From IMG/VR virus record IMGVR_UViG_2718218309_000001: a stretch of DNA of 39,503 nt, one strand, 5' to 3'. Each line of letters starts with the position of its first letter. Positions within the stretch are counted from its first letter, which is position 1. Below, in pieces: positions 1-9,064 of this stretch. This stretch comes from a virus. Lineage: Duplodnaviria; Heunggongvirae; Uroviricota; Caudoviricetes. The notes beneath the pieces were generated by a model. The model was not told the origin of the DNA, ran no database searches, and saw only the letters and a program-made list of their open reading frames with translations. The position numbers and the translations under genes are program-made.

Positions 1-1749
1 ATGACAGTGGCAAATTATAATTCTCTTGTCCAGAAAACTTTCTGCGAAAATGCAATTCGTTCCGTTGTCATGATTGATGACGATTTTCTGACGTATTCTG
101 AATCAATCAGGGCGTTGAATAACGAAGTTGATTTAGACTACAACAAAATTGACTCATCTAAACGAGCCGCTACTCTTGAGAGCTTTTTTCAATCTAAAAA
201 TATGATTTGTGATGTTGACAATGGTTCTGTTAATTTCGATGTGGATCGGATTAGAAAATCAGATCTTATTATTGTAGATTATCATCTTGATAATAATGCA
301 CCTGATAAAACACTTAAACCATTACAAGATTTGAAAGACTCCGATCATTTAAATATGATTGTAATATATACTAGAGAGAATTTAGAAACGGTTTGGATGC
401 AGATATCATCGACTCTCAAAGGTGCTCTGGATATCAACAGCTTGATCATTGACTACGATAATGAAGATGTCCAAAGTTATTGGGAAGACGTTGTATTACC
501 GAACTTAAATGATAATGGTAATAAAGCTCTCACAAGAGATGAAACAATAGCCTATATTAAAGACAGTAAGCCTTGTAGAAGAATTAAAAGATTAATACAT
601 GATGATGCTGTGTTGGAGGATCAAAAGGATAAAAACTTCATTGCAAAAATGATTGCAGAATATGCTGTGTCTAGAAATGCAATTATTTCTAGCAACACAT
701 CTGGCAATGTCATTCGGGGTGATGAAAGCGGAGTAAAATGGATTCAATGTGGTAATATCTTTGTCTCCCTATTTCATAAGGTTCAAGATGATCATGAAAA
801 CGATGGAGATAGGATTTGGCAAACTCTCAATGATTCTCTCATTGAATGGAAACCATCTTATTATCAGTTAATAAAATCTGAAATTCAGAATGCAATCGAA
901 GCTGAGGCTTTATCTTTTGTAAATCATTTGGCTAACGATCATTACGGTCAAGCTGCGTGGTTAAATGAGATATTAAAATCAGACTCGCCTGATATTAGAT
1001 GTAGAAATATTGACTTTGTATTTGGTAATTTATCAGAAGAGCTTTATCAAAGACTTAAAAATAATAATACGCTGGATGAATTTATCAAAAGTGTTTTTGA
1101 TAGCTATTCAAATGAATACGCTAACAGCGGAGTTGCTGCATTGCTCCAATATTGCTCTTCAAAAATGGATCTGCCATCAAATAATGATACTTATCACGAA
1201 ATGTATCATGCTTTAAATATGAATTTGTCTTCAAAGAATTTTGAAGATGGTCATATTTCTACTGGCACTATTTTCTTTGATACAGAGTCGAACAAATGGT
1301 ATTTATGTGTATCTGCGGCATGTGATTTGGTTCCTACTCAGGGTAACGACCCTCACCATGTAAGATTAAGTCCGCACAGGCTCATTAAAGTTCTGGAGCT
1401 TTTTAACGCCAGTCAGAGTAAAGCATTGCCATTTGCTGAACATTCGAAATATATATATGTAATGCATAAAAATCAAAGAAAATATCTCTCTATTTTCGAA
1501 GGGGATAAAACGCTTCCTGTTGTTGATTATATGGTGGTGTTGAATCATGGAACAACAGTTGATGGCGAAGAAAAAAATATTATTTCTGCCGTGTTTTTAA
1601 GTAATATGGATGGCAACGTGCAAAATGTTCCTGTCCGACTCAAACTTAAATCTCAACTGAGAACTGGTTATGCAGAAAGATATCAGGCTATAGCGTCTCA
1701 GTATAGCTCAAGGATTGGTGTGGATTATGTATCAATGATGCTACCATAA
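1..1749 (+). CDS. Hypothetical 582-aa protein; N-terminal alpha/beta domain with acidic motifs (VVMIDDD, DLIIVDYHLD, MIVIYT, STLKG) reminiscent of receiver/PIN/Toprim-type folds; no P-loop seen
   Basis: Long uninterrupted ORF from ATG at position 1; AT-rich codon usage unlike the prophage core; alternating hydrophobic strands ending in Asp residues. Domain assignment is inference only. Confidence 0.6.
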   Translation: MTVANYNSLVQKTFCENAIRSVVMIDDDFLTYSESIRALNNEVDLDYNKIDSSKRAATLESFFQSKNMICDVDNGSVNFDVDRIRKSDLIIVDYHLDNNAPDKTLKPLQDLKDSDHLNMIVIYTRENLETVWMQISSTLKGALDINSLIIDYDNEDVQSYWEDVVLPNLNDNGNKALTRDETIAYIKDSKPCRRIKRLIHDDAVLEDQKDKNFIAKMIAEYAVSRNAIISSNTSGNVIRGDESGVKWIQCGNIFVSLFHKVQDDHENDGDRIWQTLNDSLIEWKPSYYQLIKSEIQNAIEAEALSFVNHLANDHYGQAAWLNEILKSDSPDIRCRNIDFVFGNLSEELYQRLKNNNTLDEFIKSVFDSYSNEYANSGVAALLQYCSSKMDLPSNNDTYHEMYHALNMNLSSKNFEDGHISTGTIFFDTESNKWYLCVSAACDLVPTQGNDPHHVRLSPHRLIKVLELFNASQSKALPFAEHSKYIYVMHKNQRKYLSIFEGDKTLPVVDYMVVLNHGTTVDGEEKNIISAVFLSNMDGNVQNVPVRLKLKSQLRTGYAERYQAIASQYSSRIGVDYVSMMLP

Positions 1750-1761
1750 TTATTATATTTT

Positions 1762-1789
1762 AGGCGTGGTGATTTTTTTCGCCATGCCT
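1762..1789. terminator. Hairpin (aggcgtgg / ccatgcct stem) followed by T-rich tract between convergent genes
   Basis: Inverted repeat 1762-1769 and 1782-1789 with about 12-nt loop, flanked by T runs; sits between the 3' ends of ORF 1-1749 (+) and ORF 1820-2236 (-). Confidence 0.3.
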
Positions 1790-1819
1790 ATTTTATATTT
1801 ATCATCACAATGATGTTGT

Positions 1820-2236
1820 TTATTTTTGTTTAAGTCTTCTAAGCTTCATGCATTCTAATGAGAATAATAATAGAGTTGTGCTGTATATAAAGCCAGAGTT
1901 AGTTAATAACTTTAAATTTAATGCTTCAGGATTTTCACTGAGAAAGTGAAAGGCATAAACTAAGTATACAGCTAAAGTAGCCGTTCCAATTGTTGGTCCA
2001 ATATCGCCTTGATCATGAGGTTCAAGGTTTACATTGAACTTGAAGATTAGCCATTCAAATCCCCAAGTAAAAAAAACAACTAATATCATGGCTGCGAATA
2101 ATTTCGCGATGTTATCTGCTGATGGATTCATCAGAACAGATTGTTTCTGAAAAAATTCACAAAGTGAGAGTCCGAAAAAAATAAAAAAAAGTGGTCTGGA
2201 ACTAAATTTTTCAAAAACTTTGAATAGGGTTTCCAT
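1820..2236 (-). CDS. Hypothetical small multi-pass membrane protein (138 aa, about 4 hydrophobic segments)
   Basis: ORF with several 18-22 aa hydrophobic stretches (FFIFFGLSL, AAMILVVFFTWGF, GTATLAVYLVYAF, IYSTTLLLFSL); immediately downstream of and co-directional with the P4-type integrase. Confidence 0.45.
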   Translation of the reverse strand: METLFKVFEKFSSRPLFFIFFGLSLCEFFQKQSVLMNPSADNIAKLFAAMILVVFFTWGFEWLIFKFNVNLEPHDQGDIGPTIGTATLAVYLVYAFHFLSENPEALNLKLLTNSGFIYSTTLLLFSLECMKLRRLKQK

Positions 2237-2274
2237 TTTCTTTACCTTCAGGATTATATTAGCTATTCTGATAC

Positions 2275-3546
2275 TTAGGCTACCAGAGCATTTGATCTTT
2301 GAGCTTGAACGTAATCACTCCACCATTGCATCAAACTCTGTCGCTCTATCAGATATTCTGCACGATTGTATGCTGCGATAATTTCATCTTTTTTCGAGTG
2401 GGCAAGCGCTGCCTCAAGAACTTCAGCTCTGAATTTACCAGACTCCTCTGCCGCTGTTCGTGCAATAGAACGCATACCGTGAGCTACAAGCTCGCCTCCG
2501 AACCCCATTCGGATGATAGCTGCGTTGGCTGTTTGTTCATGCATATGATTAAGAGGCGCTTTTATGCTGGGGAAAACCCATTCTCTATGCCCACTTATTG
2601 ATTTCATTAATTCAAGGATGCGCAAAGCTTCTTTACTCAAAGGAACTTTGTGAAGCTTTTTCATTTTCATGAAATCAGCAGGAATGTTCCAAATGCTGTT
2701 GGTTGTATCAATATCAGACCACCTTGCGCGAACGGCTTCACCCGGACGAACCCATGTCAACAATTGCCATTCAATTAGCATACGTGTTTCCAACCGGATT
2801 GACGCATTCGTCAAAGATTCCATAAACCTTGGCAATTCGCTTGGGGGAAGGGCAGGCATATTTTGCTTTTTTGGTTTACTGAATCTTTGACCAAGGTTGT
2901 CAGCCGGGTTGAACTCAATAAGTTCTTCAGTAGCTGCCCACCGGAAGATTTCATTCAGACGTGAAATGATACGGCGTAGAGTTTCCAATACGCCTCGTTG
3001 CTCAATAGGATCAAGGTGTTGTTTTAAGAGCTTAGGTCGGATCTCATTGATAGGGACATTACCCAGACCGGGAAAGACATTTCTCTCTAAGCTGCGCCAG
3101 ATGTCTGCTGCATGGTCTTGTGAGATACCTGATGTCTTTACCTTCTCATCTAACCATTTCCGCGCTACGGCTTGGAGAGTGTGCTCAGTAGCACTCTTTA
3201 ATGCCTTCGCCTTATCGTTGTTATGGATTTGGGGATCAACACCATTTGCCAGAAAGGAGAGATATTCATCACGTAAGGCTCTGGCTCTTGCAAGGGTAAG
3301 GTGAGGATATGTCCCAAGGCTCATTTTGGTTCTTTTCTTGCTCACTGGTACTGCATACCTGAAATACCAATTTTTCTTGCCTCCTTTCGCCAAAGGAGCG
3401 ATTCGTAGAATCAGACCATCACCGTCAAACAAGTTGATTTCTTTATCGGCTGGCTTGGTGCTTTTGATTTCAGTGTCAGTGAGCTTCTTAGCGATTTTTG
3501 CCATTTTGGGACCCTCGGTTTTTGGACCCTTCTTAGTGGGTCCCAT
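2275..3546 (-). CDS. int: P4-family tyrosine integrase (CP4-57 IntA-like); true start probably the internal Met (MAKIAKKLTDTEIK, near 3504)
   Basis: N-terminal TDTEIKSTKP...DGDGL...WYFRY motif block typical of P4-type integrases; C-terminal catalytic region with R...H..R..Y-type residues (HGMRS, AHS...YNRAEY); adjacent to att copy. Confidence 0.9.
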   Translation of the reverse strand: MGPTKKGPKTEGPKMAKIAKKLTDTEIKSTKPADKEINLFDGDGLILRIAPLAKGGKKNWYFRYAVPVSKKRTKMSLGTYPHLTLARARALRDEYLSFLANGVDPQIHNNDKAKALKSATEHTLQAVARKWLDEKVKTSGISQDHAADIWRSLERNVFPGLGNVPINEIRPKLLKQHLDPIEQRGVLETLRRIISRLNEIFRWAATEELIEFNPADNLGQRFSKPKKQNMPALPPSELPRFMESLTNASIRLETRMLIEWQLLTWVRPGEAVRARWSDIDTTNSIWNIPADFMKMKKLHKVPLSKEALRILELMKSISGHREWVFPSIKAPLNHMHEQTANAAIIRMGFGGELVAHGMRSIARTAAEESGKFRAEVLEAALAHSKKDEIIAAYNRAEYLIERQSLMQWWSDYVQAQRSNALVA

Positions 3547-3669
3547 TCAGGGTGCCATAACTCGTAGTTCTCAGCAATTCTCACTGGACGACAATAGACG
3601 TAAAAAAGCCCGCAGAGCTTGTGCTGTGTGGGCTTAGTAGACTTCATTGAACTTCAAACAACTAAAAAG

Positions 3670-3714
3670 TGGTGGAGCTGGCGGGAGTTGAACCCGCGTC
3701 CGAAATTCCTACAT
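3670..3714. repeat. 45-bp direct repeat of the ssrA 3' end (att core copy; junction between prophage and P4-like island)
   Basis: tggtggagctggcgggagttgaacccgcgtccgaaattcctacat is identical to 39102-39146 (the 3' end of ssrA); sequences diverge immediately outside. Confidence 0.9.
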
Positions 3715-3827
3715 ACCATTTTTATCATAGTAAAAACAGTAATTTACGTTTAAAAACAATGTATTAGTATTATTTTGTATTTGTCCGTTTTACGCATTTT
3801 TAATGCTCTGTCGCCAAATTGCCGCCA

Positions 3828-5021
3828 TCACTTCTTGTCTTCGATAGAACCGTATTCAAGAAGGTTGTCCATACACTTCTCTAACCTATAGAAATCTGTC
3901 AAAGGATAGAGATTGACAATGTTGTCATCAAAACTTTGCATACCTGATAAACGTTCTTTCCTTCTTAAGAATCTTGAGGCAGACCTAACACCATCATCCT
4001 CACTTGGTTCACAGGAATAATCTAGAGTTTTTAGTACCTGCCATGAAACGGGGGGAGTAAGCTTGAACATTTTTACTAGCTTAGGACAGAAATCTTTTGT
4101 TATGGTTTGCTGATATGTAACTTTAGGTGGAAGAACAACGTTAATAGATTTATCACCATGGTTTGTTTTAATCATTCTTGTCGATCTGTATGCAATTCCG
4201 ACAATGTTTGATTTATTTCTACGACTAATCCATTGCATTAATAAATTTGGGATTATATATTCCTGAGTGAAAGATGTGCTGCCGTTAATCTTTGCAAAAC
4301 TACAAGCGTAAATTAGTGGCATTAAACAAATGTAAGACATCTTTGTGATGTATGACATTTTGTCATTATCAATCTTACCATAGAAACGTGAGTAGAGGAT
4401 TTCCGAAGTGAAATCTAATATTTTGGAATTTTCTTCACTGGATATAAAAGAAGATATATATAACTTATCAAAATCAGGTTTATCCATTTCAAGCCAACAT
4501 ACATATAGGGATGAGCCTAAATATAAACAGGGTAGACCTGCAACCGAGTATCTTTGGGCATTTACCAAGTGCCTTTTAGAGAATGGTATATGAAAGATTT
4601 CATTTCTATTTTTTACTGCTGTATCAGATTTTCTAACCCTGAATAAAGGTCTTGAAGAATTGCAAATATTCTCTAAGGGGATTGATATTTTCTGGATGTA
4701 GTTAGCTGTGAATCGATCAGAAAATGTTCTGTCGAAAGTATCATATGAGGACTTGATATCACCTGATAAAAAATATTCCAAAGAGCTTACAACGCCAAAG
4801 TATATTCTTGTTATTCTATCAAGTTTAGAACTCAATCTACGAGATAATTCATTGTCATTATCTTCTATGTAGTCATTTAAAGTATTAAAGTAAATTTCAC
4901 ATTTATTTTTAAAATCATTAATAATGTCGGTCTTAACAGTGAAAGGGAGTTTTAAATCTCCCGTCTTTATAAGGCTTTCAAATAAAAAATTAAAATCATC
5001 ATGTATATTTTCGGTTTCCAT
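3828..5021 (-). CDS. RES-domain-like protein (397 aa), candidate NAD+-targeting toxin/effector
   Basis: Motif block PLFRVR...QRYSVAGLPCLYLGSSLYVCWLE (aa about 125-179) matches the RES signature (Arg ... G.P.LYL.SS ... E) known from RES-Xre toxins; very AT-rich; second gene of an operon downstream of int. Confidence 0.55.
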   Translation of the reverse strand: METENIHDDFNFLFESLIKTGDLKLPFTVKTDIINDFKNKCEIYFNTLNDYIEDNDNELSRRLSSKLDRITRIYFGVVSSLEYFLSGDIKSSYDTFDRTFSDRFTANYIQKISIPLENICNSSRPLFRVRKSDTAVKNRNEIFHIPFSKRHLVNAQRYSVAGLPCLYLGSSLYVCWLEMDKPDFDKLYISSFISSEENSKILDFTSEILYSRFYGKIDNDKMSYITKMSYICLMPLIYACSFAKINGSTSFTQEYIIPNLLMQWISRRNKSNIVGIAYRSTRMIKTNHGDKSINVVLPPKVTYQQTITKDFCPKLVKMFKLTPPVSWQVLKTLDYSCEPSEDDGVRSASRFLRRKERLSGMQSFDDNIVNLYPLTDFYRLEKCMDNLLEYGSIEDKK

Positions 5022-5075
5022 TGTTATTATCCTTTTGAGTAATTTAATGAATATAACGGGTTTTTCGTGACAGCA

Positions 5076-6203
5076 TCATTCCAAATGATCTGCCGCCGCT
5101 TTGCCGCCAAGGATTTTCATATAAGGAGGCTTAGCATAAACCTCCTTGGTCTGCTGGAAAGTGGTTTTGGAGAATCTTCTTTCTTCTGATTGTAAATATT
5201 TTAGCAGACGTTGATATTTGTTTTCTAATATTTGACTATTCCCAGCCAGATCGTAAATATCGCAGGTTATGTTATAAAGCCAATAAACTACGGCTTTGAT
5301 TTCAGGCTCTGAGAAATAGGTTGTGTTAAATACATATTCATTATTATGATTGTAAATGTAGGAGTGTTTCCTTTGTATAGTGTTAACCTTAAGTAGCTTC
5401 ATAAGGTTGATAATTTTAAGGTCAATAGAAATTAAAGAAATTATCTCTGACTTCAAATCACCCTTTTTGATACCAATAATTTCTTTATCAAGTTCATTCC
5501 AGGCATTTATGATTTTTTGCGTGAATTTTGGGGAAGGGCTATAAATTGCACCAGTATTTTGTGAAGATTGAAATAAATTATTATAAAGCTTATGAGGAAA
5601 TACAATTTTCACTTCGTAAGTATTTACTTTTTCACTTGATTCTATATAAGCATGGCTAGCCACTTCAGCAGCCACATGCCTTGTTCGATCAGTCTGCGTG
5701 GGGATATATTCAAGAACCAAAGTAGGGAATGAACTAATCGTTTCGATAAATAGTTTTAAATGAGAGTAATAAGCGTCTGCATTGTTTTTAACTTTAGCTG
5801 ATTGTATCTGTGATTCAGTTTGAATGGTTCTATGAATATTATTTACTATTGAAGCCAGTGGCACTGATGAAGCTAATAATAGCAACGGAAGTTTACTAAT
5901 ATTAAGAAAATTTGCAAACCCGTCGGTTGTCAGTTGTAAACTATGATCTCTCCAAACCCAGCAACCGAATAAAATAAAATAGTAAAATGGTAATAAGATA
6001 GAAGCTATAAACAAAGGTTGTTTGAATAAATTATTGTCATTTAACTCAAACCACCCGTAAAAATAAAACAGTCCTATTGTTATAAATAATGAGGTTATTG
6101 CCACCGTTAAGAACATTACCTCAAAACCATAATATATTGTAAAAGTATTTGCAACTATGGATAGTAAGAGCAAAAAAGTTAAAGTGATAATTTTATTTTT
6201 CAT
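5076..6203 (-). CDS. Hypothetical membrane protein (375 aa): about 4 N-terminal TM helices plus about 280-aa soluble C-terminal domain
   Basis: Hydrophobic segments in the first 90 aa; start ATG (6203-6201) overlaps the int stop codon (TGA 6202-6200), i.e. ATGA translational coupling with int; AT-rich. Confidence 0.6.
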   Translation of the reverse strand: MKNKIITLTFLLLLSIVANTFTIYYGFEVMFLTVAITSLFITIGLFYFYGWFELNDNNLFKQPLFIASILLPFYYFILFGCWVWRDHSLQLTTDGFANFLNISKLPLLLLASSVPLASIVNNIHRTIQTESQIQSAKVKNNADAYYSHLKLFIETISSFPTLVLEYIPTQTDRTRHVAAEVASHAYIESSEKVNTYEVKIVFPHKLYNNLFQSSQNTGAIYSPSPKFTQKIINAWNELDKEIIGIKKGDLKSEIISLISIDLKIINLMKLLKVNTIQRKHSYIYNHNNEYVFNTTYFSEPEIKAVVYWLYNITCDIYDLAGNSQILENKYQRLLKYLQSEERRFSKTTFQQTKEVYAKPPYMKILGGKAAADHLE

Positions 6204-7219
6204 AAGTTAATCATATTCAACGGGTTTTTGGTAACTGCATCTTCTAAATGATCTGGGGAGAAATGTGCATAGATCATTGTCATCTTAATATCGGCATGCC
6301 CAAGAATTTCTTTAAGAACAAGTATATTACCGCCATTCATCATGAAATAGCTTGCGAAGGTATGCCGCAGCACGTGGGTACATTGGCCCTCTGGCAAGTC
6401 GATACCAGCTCGTTTCACTGCGCGCTCAAAAGCTTTTCTGCATGGCGTGAATAGTTTCCCTCTGTTTTTGGGGAGTTCATCATACAGCTCCTGAGATATC
6501 GGTATGGTACGGTTTTTCTTGCCTTTAGTTTTGGTATAGGTGATCCGGTATTTAGTTAACTGATGGCCTTGAAGGTTTTCTGCTTCACTCCATCGCGCGC
6601 CGGTAGCCAGGCATATTTTTGCAATCATCAATAGGCTGGAGCTATGAGAATCTGCGCAAGCATCAAGCAGGCGTTTAATTTCTTCCGTGGTCAGGAACGC
6701 CAGCTCACCTTCTGCGATTTTAAATGTTGGCAAACCGGCGAGTGGATTGGGTGCTGACCAATGGCCCAACTTTTTCAGTGTGCCAAACACGGATGATAGG
6801 TTGCGTTGTTCAAGGTTTACCGTGCGAGGCTTAACTGGCGACATAAGCACGCCATCTTCATTTCGCACCTCACCTTTTAGCCGTGCTTCGCGGTATTTCG
6901 TAAAGTCGCCAGCGGTTAACTCTGAGGCAACAGGATCACCCAGGCCGTTACAAATAATGTTGAGTTTTGCCATCAGGCGTTTGGGGTCAGCAAGTGTCTG
7001 CCCGTAGAGTGAATGCCATTGCTCAATCACTTCTGACAAACGCCGCCGATCTTCTTTCTCACCCAACCACGGTTTTTTGTTTACTTCGTCCATGGTGTGA
7101 TTTTCGAATGCTATGGCCTCACCTTTCGTCGCAAATTGTTTGCGCACACGCTTGCCGTCGCGCCCGTTAGGGTAGCACTCACATAACCATTTACCGTTCG
7201 GCTGTTTTCTGATGGTCAT
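6200..7219 (-). CDS. int: P2/186-type tyrosine integrase
   Basis: 339-aa protein with N-terminal MTIRKQPNGKWLCE... and C-terminal catalytic residues (R...HVLRHTFAS...YAHF), as in P2 Int; located next to the repressor gene as in P2/186. Confidence 0.9.
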   Translation of the reverse strand: MTIRKQPNGKWLCECYPNGRDGKRVRKQFATKGEAIAFENHTMDEVNKKPWLGEKEDRRRLSEVIEQWHSLYGQTLADPKRLMAKLNIICNGLGDPVASELTAGDFTKYREARLKGEVRNEDGVLMSPVKPRTVNLEQRNLSSVFGTLKKLGHWSAPNPLAGLPTFKIAEGELAFLTTEEIKRLLDACADSHSSSLLMIAKICLATGARWSEAENLQGHQLTKYRITYTKTKGKKNRTIPISQELYDELPKNRGKLFTPCRKAFERAVKRAGIDLPEGQCTHVLRHTFASYFMMNGGNILVLKEILGHADIKMTMIYAHFSPDHLEDAVTKNPLNMINL

Positions 7220-7222
7220 AAG

Positions 7223-7873
7223 TTAGAGGCTCTTGATTACTTTGGCTGCTCGTCCTACAACTTCCACATCATCTACAGAGCATTCAAATGAAGTGTCATC
7301 TTGGTGAACTACTATTTTGTTTCCGGGTATACGTGCAATTTTGACGATGTTTTTCATACCGTCGATGTCTATGAGCCAAATTCCGTTACTAAGCTGTTTT
7401 GCTGATGTGTCAACGATGTAATTGCCATCGCTAGCTTTGACGTACAAACAGTATTCGGCTTTTCCGGGTATCAAACTCTGATCAAGGAAAACATCTTCCA
7501 GCTCTTCGAGCGTTCCGTTCTCAATGGTTGCCTGCCGTACTGATGGGATAACAATCTTTGAAAGGGGGCGAACTGTAGGTGAACTCTCGTTTTTGAACTT
7601 ATTTTTTTCTTCTGTTTGAGGATACATTTCCCCTTGGCCCGTTGTCAGCCAAAGCAGAGAAATACCTGTTTCAAGGGCACATTGAATAACCCAGTCAGCG
7701 GGAAAGCTATCACGTAACATCCTGTTTGCCATGGTACTTTTTGATGCTTCGAGATGTTCAACTAACGCTATTTGAGTGTTGAAACCATAGGCGGTCATCA
7801 GCCTTTTGATGGTCTCCCTTCCTCCCGTATTTGCACCTGTATTGATCTTCAAGATGAACTCTCCATTTGACAA
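7223..7873 (-). CDS. cI: Phage 186 CI-like immunity repressor
   Basis: Resembles 186 CI (AYGF..., CALETG..LWLTTGQGE, C-terminal VDDVEVVGR); divergent from apl across an operator-containing intergenic region. Start codon uncertain (track start is a non-ATG codon). Confidence 0.8.
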   Translation of the reverse strand: MSNGEFILKINTGANTGGRETIKRLMTAYGFNTQIALVEHLEASKSTMANRMLRDSFPADWVIQCALETGISLLWLTTGQGEMYPQTEEKNKFKNESSPTVRPLSKIVIPSVRQATIENGTLEELEDVFLDQSLIPGKAEYCLYVKASDGNYIVDTSAKQLSNGIWLIDIDGMKNIVKIARIPGNKIVVHQDDTSFECSVDDVEVVGRAAKVIKSL

Positions 7874-7902
7874 TCCAATAATGGGATCGTATTTTTGTGT
7901 TC

Positions 7903-7929
7903 AACTTCTAATGTGAGAGTTTAGAAGTT
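7903..7929. promoter_or_regulatory. Candidate repressor operator: perfect 9-bp inverted repeat AACTTCTAA-N9-TTAGAAGTT in the cI/apl divergent promoter region
   Basis: Palindrome seen directly in the 100-bp intergenic region between divergent cI and apl. Confidence 0.4.
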
Positions 7930-7975
7930 GGGGTTAAACATCATAAAACGCACTAAAGCCAAGAGATACTGCACT

Positions 7976-8218
7976 ATGAGCACAGATATTTCAATTCGTG
8001 TACCAAAAGAGATGGCTACGCCTGCAGAGTTCGCTGAATGGGAAGGTATCTCCCGTGGCTCTGTTTACCAGAAAATTCACCATGGTCAGCTTGCTAAGTA
8101 CATGGTCAAGAAAGAAAAAAACAAAGGTCGCGTAAGCCTGCGTTACCTGATGTACAAAACCGACCAGGTTCGTGAATCCCTCGGTCATTCCAACTTTCGC
8201 GTCATTGTTGGTCAGTAA
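7976..8218 (+). CDS. apl: Apl/Cox-like excisionase and transcriptional regulator (HTH)
   Basis: First gene of the early rightward operon; HTH-like segment ATPAEFAEWEGISRGSVYQKIHHGQL typical of Cox/Apl/AlpA-type proteins. ATG at 7976 preferred over the TTG at 7928 that lies inside the operator. Confidence 0.7.
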   Translation: MSTDISIRVPKEMATPAEFAEWEGISRGSVYQKIHHGQLAKYMVKKEKNKGRVSLRYLMYKTDQVRESLGHSNFRVIVGQ

Positions 8219-8250
8219 GTTCGATTATGAGAACTTTCTAAGGGGCTTGC

Positions 8251-8760
8251 ATGTTTGATTATCGCGTTTCCAAACATCCACACTTTGACGAAGCCTGCCG
8301 GGCTTTCGCACTGCGTCACAACATGGTGAAGCTGGCAGAACGCGCAGGAATGAATGTCCAGACGCTGCGCAATAAGCTGAACCCGGAGCAACCGCATCAA
8401 CTTACGCCGCCGGAGATCTGGCTGCTGACTGATATCACAGAAGACTCAACGCTGGTTGACGGTTTTCTGGCTCAAATCCATTGCCTGCCGTGCGTGCCAT
8501 TGAATGAAGTGGCAAAAGAGAACCTGCCGCATTACGTCATGAGTGCAACCGCAGAGATCGGGCGTGTTGCTGCAGGTGCGGTATCTGGCGATGTAAAAAC
8601 CAGTGCAGGTCGTCGTGATGCTATCAGCAGCATTAACTCTGTAACACGACTGATGGCGCTGGCTGCTGTTTCATTGCAGGCCCGTTTACAGGCTAACCCT
8701 GCGATGGTGAGTGCAGTTGATACCGTGACTGGCCTCGGTGCTTCATTCGGTTTGCTGTGA
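8251..8760 (+). CDS. cII: Phage 186 CII-like lysogeny establishment regulator (169 aa)
   Basis: Position after apl and size match 186 CII; HTH-like N-terminal region. Confidence 0.7.
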   Translation: MFDYRVSKHPHFDEACRAFALRHNMVKLAERAGMNVQTLRNKLNPEQPHQLTPPEIWLLTDITEDSTLVDGFLAQIHCLPCVPLNEVAKENLPHYVMSATAEIGRVAAGAVSGDVKTSAGRRDAISSINSVTRLMALAAVSLQARLQANPAMVSAVDTVTGLGASFGLL

Positions 8761-8767
8761 GGTGCTT

Positions 8768-9064
8768 ATGCTGAAGAAAGAACCATCATTTGCATCGCTG
8801 CTGGTAAAACAAAGTCCGGCAATGCACTACGGTCACGGCTGGATCATGGGTGAGGATGGTAAACGCTGGCATCCATGTCATTCACAAGATGAATTGCTGT
8901 CTGAATTGACCACGAGGAAACGGAGAAAGTCAAAATGTATGCAGCGGAAAGTGAAGTGGTTTATCAGTTTCGTTACAGAGGGGAGAGTTATTCAGTACCT
9001 GAAGATGATTTGCTGTGTTGTTATCCGTCGTTGTCGGGCGATGGCAGTTACTTTTTCACGCTAA
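8768..9064 (+). CDS. Hypothetical early protein (3' extent doubtful; C-terminal half looks like low-complexity read-through)
   Basis: GAGGTG RBS before ATG 8768; overlaps the next ORF by about 130 nt in another frame. Confidence 0.3.
   Translation: MLKKEPSFASLLVKQSPAMHYGHGWIMGEDGKRWHPCHSQDELLSELTTRKRRKSKCMQRKVKWFISFVTEGRVIQYLKMICCVVIRRCRAMAVTFSR

Larger units (their letters stand above)
1..3714. mobile_element. Partial P4/CP4-57-like integrative island (integrase-proximal end); continues beyond window start
   Basis: P4-family integrase at 2275-3546 starts about 125 bp from a 45-bp copy of the ssrA 3' end (3670-3714), the usual arrangement for ssrA-targeting islands; AT-rich cargo ORFs follow the integrase. 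Confidence 0.6.

Noticed and set aside
1-1749. Calling the 582-aa protein a two-component response regulator or an OLD-family nuclease
   Set aside because: The acidic-strand pattern is compatible with several Rossmann-like folds (receiver, PIN, Toprim); no Walker A motif (needed for OLD ATPase) and no DNA-binding output domain were recognisable, so only a generic description is given.
3670-3714. Possible tRNA or tmRNA gene fragment
   Set aside because: Only the last 45 nt of ssrA are present; this is the att duplication, not a functional RNA gene.
8738-9064. Extended 108-aa ORF overlapping the next gene by about 130 nt
   Set aside because: The C-terminal half is low-complexity and overlaps a better-supported ORF (8935-9159); the real gene is probably shorter or there is a local frame error, so only a low-confidence call was kept.
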